Below, piece by piece: positions 34,115 to 46,427 of a DNA stretch of 64,000 nt. Each line of letters begins with the position of its first letter. Position 1 is the first letter of the stretch. The stretch comes from Azolla caroliniana (Eukaryota > Plantae > Polypodiophyta), in contig JBHGNT010000020.1 in NCBI GenBank assembly GCA_043228905.1, forward strand, positions 3,162,001 to 3,226,000, given 5' to 3'. The position numbers were made by a program, and so were the translations under genes. The notes under the pieces were generated by a model. It made no database searches and was not told the origin of the DNA. It saw nothing but the letters and a program-made list of their open reading frames with translations.

Positions 34115-37100
34115 TACATGCATACTCATTCAACGAGAATAGTGATGACTAGGACAATGACGAGAAGGACACCCATAAAGAAGACATTGATGAAAGAGAC
34201 AGTGAAGACACCAGTGAAGGAAGGAAAAAGGACACCTATCAAAGAAAGCAAGAAGACACCCACAAGAGAAAGGGTGATGAATTCATCAACACAAAGAAAG
34301 AAGATGTACCACTCCATCAGTCGAGACATATGAATGGATTGCATCGACAATCCAAAATTCAGAAAGTGAGGTGTTGAAAGAGGAGTTGAAGAAAGAGCTA
34401 AACAATATGGGCACTCAATTACGTTCACAGATGAGAGACCTTGATACTTGCAGGAATGCACATTCCGAAATAGATAATAAGTTGGCAGCTTTAAAGTTGC
34501 ATTCCGAGAACCTTGCTTGCTTGATGCAGGATTTAAAACAAAAAGGTTTTGAAACTTTGTGTCCATCTATAATTGAGCACCCAAGTGGTATGGAAAGTAC
34601 CATTACTAGTATAGCTATATCACGGTATTGGCTTTAAAAGTTATTTATTTCTACTTCTATGGTATAAATATCATATTAGCTAATATATTATAACTTGTGT
34701 TTGCAATTTGCCAGGTGTATATTTTGTGGCCTCGGATTCAAGCTAGAGGCTATGGATGTTGTGATTACACCGTGCTTGCACACATATCATGTGCTATGTG
34801 CTAAGTATCATTTTGAGAAAGAGAATAAATGTATGGACTGTAAAACTACAATTGCGGTTGAGTGGTACTATGCTTGGGTTTAAAAATACACCCATACGGT
34901 ATGTGGCTCTACTATTCTATTGTTTGTATTATATGATGTCAATTTACATTTGGATTAGAACTAGTGTACGCCACAATTCATACTTCAAATTTAGGAGAAC
35001 AATGGATTAGTATTAGTGTATCTCTAACAACTAATATGTGGAACCATAATTATGTGGGTTAGTATTGGCAGTACTCTTAATATATAATTGGTATGTGTAG
35101 TTGAAGGGATATTTTCCAGAATTAGTACTAAAAGGGAACCAGGTACAACATCATCCAATCTATATTGCAACTTGCCTAGCACTAGTTTAGTAGACACTAT
35201 ACTTGTAGTACACTGTTGACTGTTAGTATTGTTTGTGTAACTTGGGAATTAGTACTAGTTATGTAATTTGGGAACAAGGTGTATAGTAAATTGCTGAATA
35301 TTAGTACAGTTTGTGTAATTTGGAAATGAGGTGTGTCAAACACATATCACGTTTAGTACTAATACTGTTCAAGATTAATACTGTTGGTGTAATTAGTACA
35401 AGTTATGTAATTAGGTGTGTAGAACACATATATCACGTTTAGTATTACTTGTGTTCAAAATACCACGTTAGTACTAAAATCCAATCTACATTTGTTGGAT
35501 TAGATGTTAGTCCAATCTATATTACAACGTGCCTAGTACTAGTGTTAGTACACACTATACTTGTACATCGTTGACGATTAGTACTTAGCGAGTAGTACAT
35601 TGTTCGTGATTAGTACTAGTTTTGTAAATTGGGAACTAAGTGAGTAGTACATTGCTCGTGATTAGTACTAGTTTTGTAATTTGGGAACTAAGTGAGTAGT
35701 ACATTGTTCAGGATTAGTACTCCTTGTGTAATTTGGGAACTAAGTGAGTAGTGCATTGTGCATGATTAGTACTACATGTGTAAATTGGGAACTAAGTGAG
35801 TAGTACATTGTTCATTATTAGTACTACTTCTGTTCCTTATTAGTACTAGTTCAGTAATTTAGGAACTAAGTGAATAGTATATTGTTCAGGATTAGTACAT
35901 TGTTCATGATTAGTACTATTTGTGTAATTTGGCAACTAAGTGAGTGGTACATTGTTCATGATTAGTACTCCTTGTGTAATTTGACTAAGTTAGTAGTACA
36001 TTGTTCATGATTAGTACTAGTGTAAATTGGGAACTAAGTGAGTAGTACATTGTTCACGATTAGTACTAGTTGTGTAATATTTATATCACGGTACTAACCT
36101 TGAAGGTTTTTTGGTTTCTTGCAATGAATGGTGTAGTGTCAAGCAACTCCACGCCAGGGAAGGTAATGGAACAACCGCCCCTTGTGCCTAAACCCTCGGT
36201 ATCTGCTGAACATTCCAAGGTTCAGGGACCATCATTACCAATAACCTATGAGTTTTATGATGAAGATGAATGTATGAGAAGGGCCATTGGAGCAGTGGAA
36301 CATATGCTTCTACAAACAAATTCCCCAAGCTCCGGTCAACATCAAAACAATCCAGGTAACACAAATTTTGCCAACATATCTTAATTCTCATTTGAGAAAG
36401 TGTTGAATGCCTAATTTCTTTAGAAATAGAGCCAACTAAGAAGAGGAATGCTGCAAGAATGTTGTATGGAAAGGGCAAGAAAGGCAAAGTTGAATGCAAT
36501 GGTGAGTCATATATGTTCTCACCTGTCCGGAGAGTTGTCAACCTAATGCATTGTCTAATACCATGTACTTGTGTTACTAGCTGATGACGAAATGATCTTT
36601 GGTGAGGGAGATACGAGTCCAAAACCTAATCGTGAAGACGAATTTATCACACTCCCAGGTACACGTCAAAAGCCGGTTTTTGAAAACAATGATTTAGATC
36701 ATAACAACCCTATGATAGTGTTGCTTTTGGTGCATTCAATAGATCAACACAACCCTGTTGAGCACTTAGATGTTGTGGAGAAGATGACCGAGCCTACCAC
36801 TTGCAATGGGGTATCTACGGCTGTACAGTATGACGATGTAACAATAGGTAAAAAAGTGGCTCTTAACCCTACGTTCATTGTTGTTGGTATGTTTGCAAAC
36901 TTTTGAGTATGTGAGTGGATACTAATATTCTTTGGAATCCCATTATTTAGGTTTACAAGAGCAGTATGATTCCCAATTGCAATCAAGTGAATCGGGAACT
37001 ATATGGAGCACAAGTGCAGAGTCAGATTCTGGGATTAACCTTTGCACGGAGGTAGACTCTGGAAGCACATCTTCCACAAATGAGGATTGTGAGAAAAACG

Positions 37101-37897
37101 AAGCATTCATATTTGAAGAGCAACTGGCATGTACAAACAATAATTTGTCTAAAGAAGCCCATGAGGAGTGTGGAAAGAATATGGCAAGTACTGAAGAGAA
37201 GAGTGATTGTACTGAGACTGTATCTGTAGTGTCTGAAGAATCCCATGAGGATTGTGGAAAGAACATCGCTAGTACTGAAGGGGAGCCTGATTGTACTGAG
37301 AATGTGCTAGTAGTGTCTAAAGAATCCCATGAGGATTGTGGAAAGAACATCGTTACTAATGAAGGGGAGCCTACTAGCATCACCCATGAGGACCAGACAA
37401 TAAACACCACCCAAGAAGGGGAGCACGGTTCTCTTAAGAATGAGGTGATAGCCACCGTACAAGAGGAGTTGACCCAAGAAGGAGAGCACAGTGGTCTTAA
37501 GAATGAGGTGACTATGACCAGCCAAGAGTTCGCCAGGAGTATTGTTGTAGCCCACATACATGAGCCTAATTGTACTGAGACTGAGCAAACTAGCAACAAC
37601 ATGAGTACTAAAACAACCCACATTCAGGAGATGAGTGATAATTTTTCTATCGACAGTACCTTTGTGGATGTGTGTACAAGCATTGCAGTTGCAGAAAACA
37701 CAATTGCTCTCTCAAGCTTGCCACTAGTACAAGGTGCCCGTGCATCCACGCCTGTCTCTGATGCCTCTGATGATGAAGTGCCACTTAGTCAGTTGATACC
37801 TAAAGGCTTTAAGATAAAGAAGAATGTAAAATCAGAAAAAACTGGCACCAACAACAAGCGCATTACAAGATCAGCCAAATTGCCCTCTAGTGCCTGA
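34115..37897 (+). pseudogene. Transposon-borne multi-exon gene: acidic region, coiled coil, RING-H2 finger, acidic repeat tail (probable E3 ligase; appears frameshifted)
   Basis: GT-AG intron 34625-34714 joins IAISR to CIFC-x14-CLHTYHVLC-x10-CMDC; probable further exons ~36134-36355, 36581-36658, 36743-36886, 36951-37897. Confidence 0.72.
35570..36075. repeat. TAGTAC-rich tandem array (~50-bp units) in a RING-gene intron
   Basis: Repeated GATTAGTACT...TTGGGAACTAAGTGAGTAGTACATTGTTC. Confidence 0.9.
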
Positions 37898-38880
37898 TTG
37901 TCTTTCAATTGTACTTGAACTTTAGTTGAACTGTTAGTGATGTGAGAAATTGAACTATTTGGTATACCAAAATACTGTCTCATTTATCTGAAATAGTTAT
38001 GCCAGTGTCTTTCGATTGTCTTTCGATTGTACTTGAACTTTAGCCGAACTGTTAGTGATGTCTGAAATTGAACTATTTGGTATACCAAAATCCAGTAGTT
38101 ATACCAGTGTGAAATTCTATATTGCCAATTGCAGAGAATGAAAATGTATTCAATTGCTAATTCTAAAATGATCTTTGGTGAGGGAGGTACGAATTTATCA
38201 CACTCCCAGGTACACTCCCATGCAGCCATGATTGTGTTGATTACAAATAAAATTCTATATTGTTAACTGAGATGTTATATACAGTTCGTATTACCAGATG
38301 AAGATTTAGAAGACTGGTATATACTGTCATGCAACCGAACTTTACATCAGATGTATGTATCCGTCTAACTGAGATACTTTGGGAGACCACTATGTATTAC
38401 TTAATACTTGCAATTGACATTAGTACTAAACTAATATGTATATTGATACTTCGAAGTATGGTCTCCTTGAGTGCACATGGTTAGAGTTGAATAATGACTT
38501 GAGTGCACACAATAGAGACTTGATAGTTGAATAAGTTTGGGCCATATTTAGGCTACTAAGTATTCAAGACTTCACACCTTAAACCATAGAAACAAGCAAC
38601 TCTATAATTACTATAAACACTGACAATACAGAAGTATTGAAGACTTCACACCTTAAACCATGGAAACAAGCAACTCTATAATTACAATAAACACTTACAA
38701 TACAAGCTCAATAAATAGTCTCAATACATCAAATATATCGATTCATAATACATAATAGAAGAAAGGAATTATATCGATTCATTTGTCAATCACCAAAATT
38801 AATATATCAATGACTCCCCGTAGTGAACTACAAGTGGATGTTTTTCAGTTTTCTGGTACAATGTATTGATAGGGTGACTT

Positions 38881-41800
38881 TCAAGCATTAAATAGAGAGA
38901 CCTCCCCTAATATGTGCTCATGAACCTCTTGGGGGACCTTGTAGACAGTGTTGTATCCCTTAACCTTGTGCTTTGCTTGAGTCATATTGAATTTGATCGC
39001 AAGAATGCCATCAGCGTAGATTATTGCAATCGGTGCTTCTTTTAGTAATGCATATGTGTTCTTGAATTGCGACAACTTTGCATAATAGTTTCCATAGACG
39101 ATAGACTCACCAAGGTTGAAATTGTTGCCCCAGCCATCCCTCACCACTTCTTTCAATAATGTCTTGCCTTGCTTGCACACCACAATGTAGTAGTCTTCTA
39201 AATCTTCATTTTGAGGAGATTTGAGCACTGCAAAATGATCTCCAACTTCCAATAAAACTGCCAAGTCTTGATGTTGGTTGTAGTATACAATATCGTTTGA
39301 ATGCGCATCCTCTTCAATATCATCTTGTCATTCAGGCTCAAGCTTCTGCAGCTTCCAGGGCTCGACGATTGATAGGTTGATGCATTTATCCCAAGCTTCA
39401 TCTATACACATGGAACAAAAGCATGATAAAGTACGGAGTAACAATTGTGTTGTGTCCTTGCGGCTAAACCCTAATACACAATGGGTGCTGCGTGTGCCTT
39501 TCACAGTTTTACAACCATATGATTTAGTTCTATCAACCTCATCAGCGCGAACTTCAACAAACAATCTGTTCTTACCATCATTTGACATCTTCCATGTTAG
39601 CCACTCCACAACATCATGTGCATTTTGTAACTTAGCACCATTATTATCCAACTGCTCGCTTGTAAGGGCACTTTTGATCACAGCCCCCGCGCCATCATTC
39701 TCTCCTTTTCCATGTCCAGGCCCGAAGTAGTTCCATTCCATACGAATGTTGAATAAGGAGAAATACCTACTTCTGTATCTCAGGTTTCCAATAAAATTAG
39801 TACTATGTTGTCAATCGAGAGTACTACACATCCATTAATACTGATTTAGTACATACTGATTTAGTAAAGATACAACACACAACATAGTACAATGTGTCTG
39901 TGGAGAACACTTCACAAGGATTAAAAGATGAATAGTACAATTCTCTTAAGGACGGACAATACTATGAGTACAAGACGAGTACTTTACATCCTTTAGTAAA
40001 TACTGATTTAGTACAAATACAACATACAACATAGTACAATGTGTCTATGGAGAACACTTCACATGGATTAAAAGATAATTAGTACAATTCTCTTAAGGAT
40101 GGACAATACTATGAGTACATGACGAGTACTTTACATCCTTCTTTAAATACAATATAGAACAGATACAACACACAACATAGTACAATGTGTCTATGGAGAA
40201 CACTTCACATGGATTAAAAGATAATTAGTACAATTCTCTTAAGGATGGACAATACTATGAGTACAAGACGAGTACTTTACATCCTTCAGTAAATACTAAT
40301 TTAGTACAAATACAACATACAACATAGTACAATGTGTCTATGGAGAACACTTCACATGCATTAAAGATGATTAGTACAATTCTCTTAAGGACGGACAATA
40401 CTATAGAGTACAATACGAGTACTTTACTTTCTTCAATAAATACTGATTTAGTAAAGATACAACAGACAACATAGTACACTTTGTCTATGGAGAACACTTC
40501 ACATGGATTAAAAGATAATAAACACGGATTCACGTGACAGGATAGTACTATTTGATCAATCAAGAACAGTTAACTTAGTTACAAACAAAATTAGTATGCA
40601 TGCATCCATGTGAATAGTGTTGTGTTCGAATAGTTACAAACATAATTAGTATGCATCCATGTGAATAGTACTGTGTGTGAATAGTTACAAACATAATTAG
40701 TATGCATGCACTAACACAAGAATTACTTCCTTACACATTGCATGATAAGTACTAAACATATGGATTAAAAATTACCTCGCAATAAAGTAGAACGATCGTG
40801 CCACCTTAAACCGCGAGGTAGCACCATCAAACCAAACCCAATGACAGTTAAAGGTTAACCCTAGAGACAATAAATCTACATGGTGAAGCTTAAAACAATG
40901 TTGAACAAATAATGTGTCATGCTTTTTATCATCTGAAATGTAAAATATTGATTTCTTATGTAACTCACCGTCTTGCCTCCAATAGCAAATATGTACAAGT
41001 ATTGTACATTGATCATTGTACCAATGCATTGATTGAACCTCATTTTGAACTTTAAATGTATAGTTTTCTGCAAAGTCAATAACAGATACGATGACACCCG
41101 TTGGTAAGTTATTAATACATTCCTTGAACTGTGAATTTTGCCAATAACTCCGGAAGTTATGTGGAATGAACTCCCCAAGTTATTTCTTAAATTCTGAGAC
41201 AAGGGTAGCATCACATGTCTCCTTATATACTTCCTTGATACGCTTAGTTACAAGTCCCTTGCCAATATTTTCAGTCACATACTCTAAATATTTCCATTTC
41301 ACGATATGACTGTTTCCCAAATCAAGCTCCTGCCTACAAAATAATGGTAGCTGACAAACCTTACATGTTCTTAATAGACATGTACGACGATGCCACTCAC
41401 ATGATGGTTCTTTTTCACAAACACAAGACCTCCATAGCTAAGAAACGGATGCATAAGTCATGTTTCGTGCATTACACCTATTATCCTCCCCATTTGGTCT
41501 ACAAACCTCACAAGTGCAGACACATAATTCCCCGTGTATACCCTTAGAATCTATACGCATTGCATTCATTCCTAGCCTTAACATGTCCATCTTCACGTGG
41601 TACACACAACAACATGTATTCCTCTCATTTAATTTTCTAACATAAAATGGTTTCAAACCTTGGAACTTGCGGAATCCAATAGTCAAGCTTGGATGTTGGT
41701 CTTTAAAGTTCATGTACAATTCAGCCTACATCAACCAATATATATAGCAAACATTAATATACACTTGGTCAAAACACAAATTTATGGAATGTGAATTGAT

Positions 41801-42405
41801 ATAAAAAAATGGAATACCTCTGTCATCTCCAAGAAGTGTCTAGGGTGAATCTGGTACTTACCCTCAGTTATTCGCTGTCTACACACATCCTTCTTATTTG
41901 GTGAGACACGCGTATTTTTGGCCCAAAATGAATCCACTTTCTCAATAATCTCTTGAGATAAGGCATCGCATCGTCGTCTACGTCCCAACCCCAGCCACTT
42001 GAATTGGCTTGAGTGTATATTTCGGCGATGTTTCCTCAAGTTCCTTCTTTGAATACCCAGGGCTAAGGCAGCTTTAGTATCACTATATTTTTTTTCTCTC
42101 ACACCGTTCACAACCATGTGTAGGGCTGCCCTCTTTGCAGCAAGTTTGTCTATGCTCTCTACACCTTTCACTAAGTCTAGGGATGACCTCATAGACTCTA
42201 CAATCTCTTCTAAAACCCATTGGTCCCTAAATTTTATTCTCTCCATGTCTTCATTCAAACGTTGATGGTGTAACACTCTACATATAATATCCCTACGATC
42301 CTCTTCACTAAATCTCTTCGTTATTTCTACCAAATCTCTTGGTCCTTTCAGATATACATGAGTTACTTGACAACTCACTCTCGTTGGGGACCCCCATTTG
42401 GTCAC
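38881..42405 (-). pseudogene. Sola2-like DDE transposase, at least 3 exons (42405-41818, 41725-40776, 39766-38881), with premature stops
   Basis: VIDFAENY..QNEVQSMHW, ISDDKKHD, WFDGA, YFGPGHGKGENDGAG; GT-AG introns 41726-41817 and 39767-40775 keep the frame. Confidence 0.8.
39840..40520. repeat. ~147-bp tandem array (4-5 copies) in transposase intron 2
   Basis: Repeated CAACATAGTACAATGTGTCTATGGAGAACACTTCAC...TAGTACAATTCTCTTAAGG. Confidence 0.88.
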
Positions 42406-42544
42406 TAGATTTATCCAAAAAAATTAAGCGTCCAGCGAGAGTAGTTAATGTTATATAGACTACACTAAGAAAACACGGTCAAATGTTTTTAAATGTGGCC
42501 TGCAAAGTGAGAAATAATTTGTTTCGAACATTAGAATTACGAAT

Positions 42545-43010
42545 CAAATATGACAATTGTAAAATCTAAAAATTTAGTACTGAAAAATGAAGAAATGAAA
42601 AATTTTAGTCCTGAAAATAAAAAAATGGATGGAAGGAACCTCCAATGGTGGCGGGAGCATTGATTCAGTGTGATATGCCGCCTCGATTTGCTGGAAGGAA
42701 CCTCCAATGGTGGAAGCACGACGTACAAATTTGACAATTGTAAAATCTAAAAATTTAGTACCTAAAAATGAAGAAATGAAAAATTTTAGTCTTGAAAATA
42801 AAAAATTGGATGCAAGGAACCTCCAATGGTGGCGGGAGCGTTGATTTTGTGTGATATGCCGCCTCGATTTGCTAGAAAGAACCTCCAATGGTGGAGGGTG
42901 CCTTGAATCTTTGTGATATGCCGTCGTGATTTAGTGGAAGGAACCTCCAATGGTGGAGGGCACCTTGAATCTTTGTGATATGCTGCCTAGATTCGGTGGA
43001 AGGATCCTCG
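42545..43010. repeat. Subterminal nested tandem repeats upstream of the transposase
   Basis: GAACCTCCAATGGTGG recurs five times; a ~181-bp unit is duplicated. Confidence 0.85.
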
Positions 43011-43550
43011 CCTCGATGGAAAAAGCCCCAAATCACCATGACATAAACTACAATTGGTGGAAGTAAGAAAGTTGTTGTCGAAGAAGTCACTATTGGTTGT
43101 TCCTCAACCTAAACCCTAAAAAAACCAGAAATCCTTAACTCAAAAGCTCCAACCTGACATGGATGTCTGAGATTTTCTCCCTAACCCCTAACAAAACTCT
43201 TAGATTGGAGGAAAAGCAGAAACGTGACATGGATGTCTGAGATGAAGAGCTCAGAGGGATAGAGGAAGAGGAGTATGAGGGGAATTGCCAAAAACGACGT
43301 GAGGGGAAGCGCCAAAATCGACGTGAGGGGAAAATAGCTGCCAAAATGGAAAGAACATCTCCTCACGTGTTCCCCCCACTCCTTGTAGTAAATGACACTT
43401 GTACTATAGTCACCCCACTCTCCAAAATCGATTTTATTTTTCTCTGATTTTTTTTTCTGAATTATTTAGTACTAACAGTATTGAAAGTACTAACAATTTT
43501 TGTGGCAAAAAACAGTACTTTTCTGGTACACCGTAGCGTGCTTCCACCCG

Positions 43551-44438
43551 GATATTGTTAGTGATCAAGATTCCAAGTTTACTAGTGACTTTTGGACTCA
43601 AGTCTTTAAGAAACTAGAAACTACATTGAGCATGAGTTCTGCAGATCATCCTCAGTCAGATGGATAAACTGAACGAGTTAATCAAATTATTGAGGACATG
43701 CTTCGAGCTTATGTAGCAAAAACCCCTTCTAAGTGGGAGATATACCTTCCTATCTTAGAATTTGCCTATAATAGCTCTAAACATACATCCATTGGATATA
43801 GTCCTTTTATGTTGATGTATGGTTTTCAGCCACGTGACCCAGTTGATGTGACGATTCATCGTGATAAATTAGACAGTACACGCAATTTTTTGCAAGACAT
43901 GAACCAAATGTTGCATATTGCCAAAGAGAATGTCAAGACAGCTCAAGATTGTGCTTGATTTTATGCTAATCAAGATAGACGTCCTCGTGCATTTACTATT
44001 GGTCAAAAAGTTCTTTTGCGTGTCCCTACTAACTCTACGTCATTGTCTACGGGCAAGTGCGCTAAGTTAGCCCCACGATATTGTGGCCCATTTAAAATCC
44101 TTAAGCGGGTGGGGTCATTTTCTTATCACCTTGCTTTACCCCGGAACGTTGGTATTCATCCTGTTTTTCACGTTAGTCATCTAAAACCATTTTTAGGCTC
44201 TAGTTATAACACCATCACAATCCAAGATCTTGTAACATTAGAGGATTTTTCTTACAAACCTCATGTTCCTGAACGAATTCTTGATTCTCGTACTAAATGT
44301 TTCCATTCTAAAGAGATTCGGCTATTCAAGATCAAATGGATGGATAAACCTATTGATGATGCCACATGGGAATGCGAGCATACTCTTAAGGCACATTTTC
44401 CTCACTTTATATTGCAAGAGTGCAATCTTTTGAAGTAG
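43551..44438 (+). pseudogene. Chromovirus integrase C-terminus and chromodomain
   Basis: DIVSDQDSKFTS, KLAPRYCGPF, IHPVFHVSHLK, PERILDSR..KIKW....DDATWE. Confidence 0.92.
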
Positions 44439-44445
44439 GGGAGTA

Positions 44446-44918
44446 TGTTATGTACACATAACGTTGGTGAGGGTAGGTCACCAATATTTACATTAGTGAA
44501 GGGTATGTTCACTAATGTTAAAAAGGGGACTAATGATTGGATAGAAGGAATGATAAGTGCATGCACTATCATGATTTGGACAACCAATGAATGGAGAGCC
44601 TTTTAGAAAGGCACATCTATTCAAGGGACCTAGGAAAAGGTGTAAATATGAGGCTTAGCTACCCTCATAATCACATTACGTCAGAAGGTTGTTGTCTTAG
44701 ACACCGGTGGTGCGGGCTAGGCTTTCGTCTTGACGATCGTGTTTATCTCTTCCAAGGTATTAGTCATCCTAATATCCGGTGGTATGGGATGTCGGTGGTA
44801 GGTTGGCTATGTCTAGATCATAGCTCGGGGGTGGTCGGGTGGAACGGGTTCTTCTATCCATTCTATTTTCCTTCTTTTACTTTACTTTGGTCTATTGATT
44901 AGTAATAGACTCTTAACA
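44446..44918 (+). repeat. 3' LTR of chromovirus
   Basis: Copy of 27532-28004, preceded by GAAGTAGGGGAGTA. Confidence 0.96.
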
Positions 44919-45793
44919 ACAAGACAACAAAGATTACAACTGAGTATAGTCTCTCTAGTTTTGAACTAGAGGAAATGAACTAGCCTCATGACAACAAACT
45001 TGGCTACTATCTTCACCCTATTGGGTGGATAAATCAACAGAAAGTAGAAAATAGAAGGAATAACAAAGAACGAAGGAACCTGAAACGGATTGATAGAAGA
45101 GGTACATCACGAATAGCCCCTCGCGGATCTCTTCTCTTCTGCAAAGCGCTCTCGCTCTCGCTCTCGTACTCAGGCATTGTGTCTCTTCATTTGTTGTTTT
45201 TCTCTCTTTGTTCTCTCGCTTCTCTATGTATACCATTGTCTCTGTACTCAGAGTTATCTCTGTTTTCTCTCTTTCACTCGATGTCTCAATATCTGAGTTC
45301 TATCTCTCATTTTTCAACGCTCTCTCTCTTTTCTTATATGTTGTTTTTCTCTTCTCTGTCACACTATTTTGTGTCTACACCTCTTTCTTTAGCCTTGTAG
45401 AGTAACGTCTCTTTTCGTATCTGTATTCACACCTGAACATACAAAAAAAGACATACCAAAAACAACATAATAAAACATACATACATACTTGTCCACATTT
45501 ATATATATCCCACATATACATGTATATGTATATATATTTGTTAATAGGTATATGTTAATATAGTTATAACTAATTATATCCTCTCTTTTTTCTTTTCAGC
45601 CCCAAGCCGAATTGGCACTTAGCATGTAGGTGGCTGTCAGCCGACTCTCGACTTTGTGTCGATCCCTAGCTAGCTCTAAGTCGGCTCTTCGACCTCATCC
45701 AACTCTCAGTCGGTTGTTCGGGCCTACCCGACTCTCAATTGGCTCTTTGGCCTCAGCTGGTTCTGGGCTCCACTTGAGTGGATAGACCCAATA

Positions 45794-46113
45794 GTCTCTT
45801 CATCTCTTGCACTACTATAGTATTTACTTACAACATGATTAAACTCTTGCCATGAGGATGAGGTTAAGCACTTCCGGATCATCACTTGCCATTTATGACT
45901 TCTTATAGCAGCTCCCAGCTTTAATGGTGAACCTTCTTTTAGCTTATCTAAATATCGACTCTTGGACTTGGAAACATCGCGATTCATCAGATGCTCGGTG
46001 ACTCGCTTCTTGCAACGTATGTTGTATCCAAAAACTTCTTTCTTCTTGTGCAATATCTAGAACTTGCTATAATGCATTCAAGATGATTGGATCTCTACAC
46101 CATAAGATGCCAT
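45794..46113 (-). pseudogene. 5' part of the unidentified interrupted ORF
   Basis: ATG at 46113 (MASYGVEIQSS*), CT-rich leader upstream (46114-46320), two early stops. Confidence 0.55.
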
Positions 46114-46287
46114 GAACTTTAACATAGATAAGTTTCCAAGAAAAACAAGAAGAGAATGGGGGACATAGAACTAAACAATGGACTATTCCTCACAAAAAGA
46201 GTACGAGAAAACGAATAATAGGGAGAGGATAGAGAGCAAGAGAATGAGGTAGCTTCTTTTTCTTCAAAGAGAGGGACAGATAGACAC

Positions 46288-46321
<34 letters not shown>

Positions 46322-46427
46322 TTCCTCTCAAGGGGACAGTCGGCATAGGGCGTGCTAGTGTTGATGGGTGGGCGAAACTGAAAAGCTCCTCTCATGGCAC
46401 ACCCACCATTTCTTCGGTTGCACCAAC

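Larger units (their letters stand above)
32756..43550. mobile_element. ~10.8-kb TIR DNA transposon, Sola2-like, with two convergent genes
   Basis: ~27-bp TIRs (TGGGTCGAAGCATGCTACGGTGTACCA / TGGTACACCGTAGCGTGCTTCCACCCG); the host integrase rejoins as FYGLLM|DIVSD; no clean TSD visible. Confidence 0.9.
27532..44918 (+). mobile_element. Ty3/Gypsy chromovirus with both LTRs, decayed, carrying a nested DNA transposon
   Basis: 473-bp LTRs; TSD ACAAG (27527-27531 and 44919-44923); PBS TGGTATCAGAGC at 28006; PPT 44432-44445; chromodomain. Confidence 0.96.
27066..45793 (-). mobile_element. Copia-type solo LTR (~1.3 kb net: 27066-27531 plus 44924-45793), interrupted by the chromovirus
   Basis: TGTTGGG...CCCAATA termini; TSD GTCTC at 27061-27065 and 45794-45798; its internal tandem repeat continues across the insertion. 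Confidence 0.88.

Noticed and set aside
35570-36075. CRISPR-like array
   Set aside because: Degenerate tandem units without unique spacers, no cas genes, eukaryotic intron context; the same applies to 42545-43010 and the 47-48 kb palindromes
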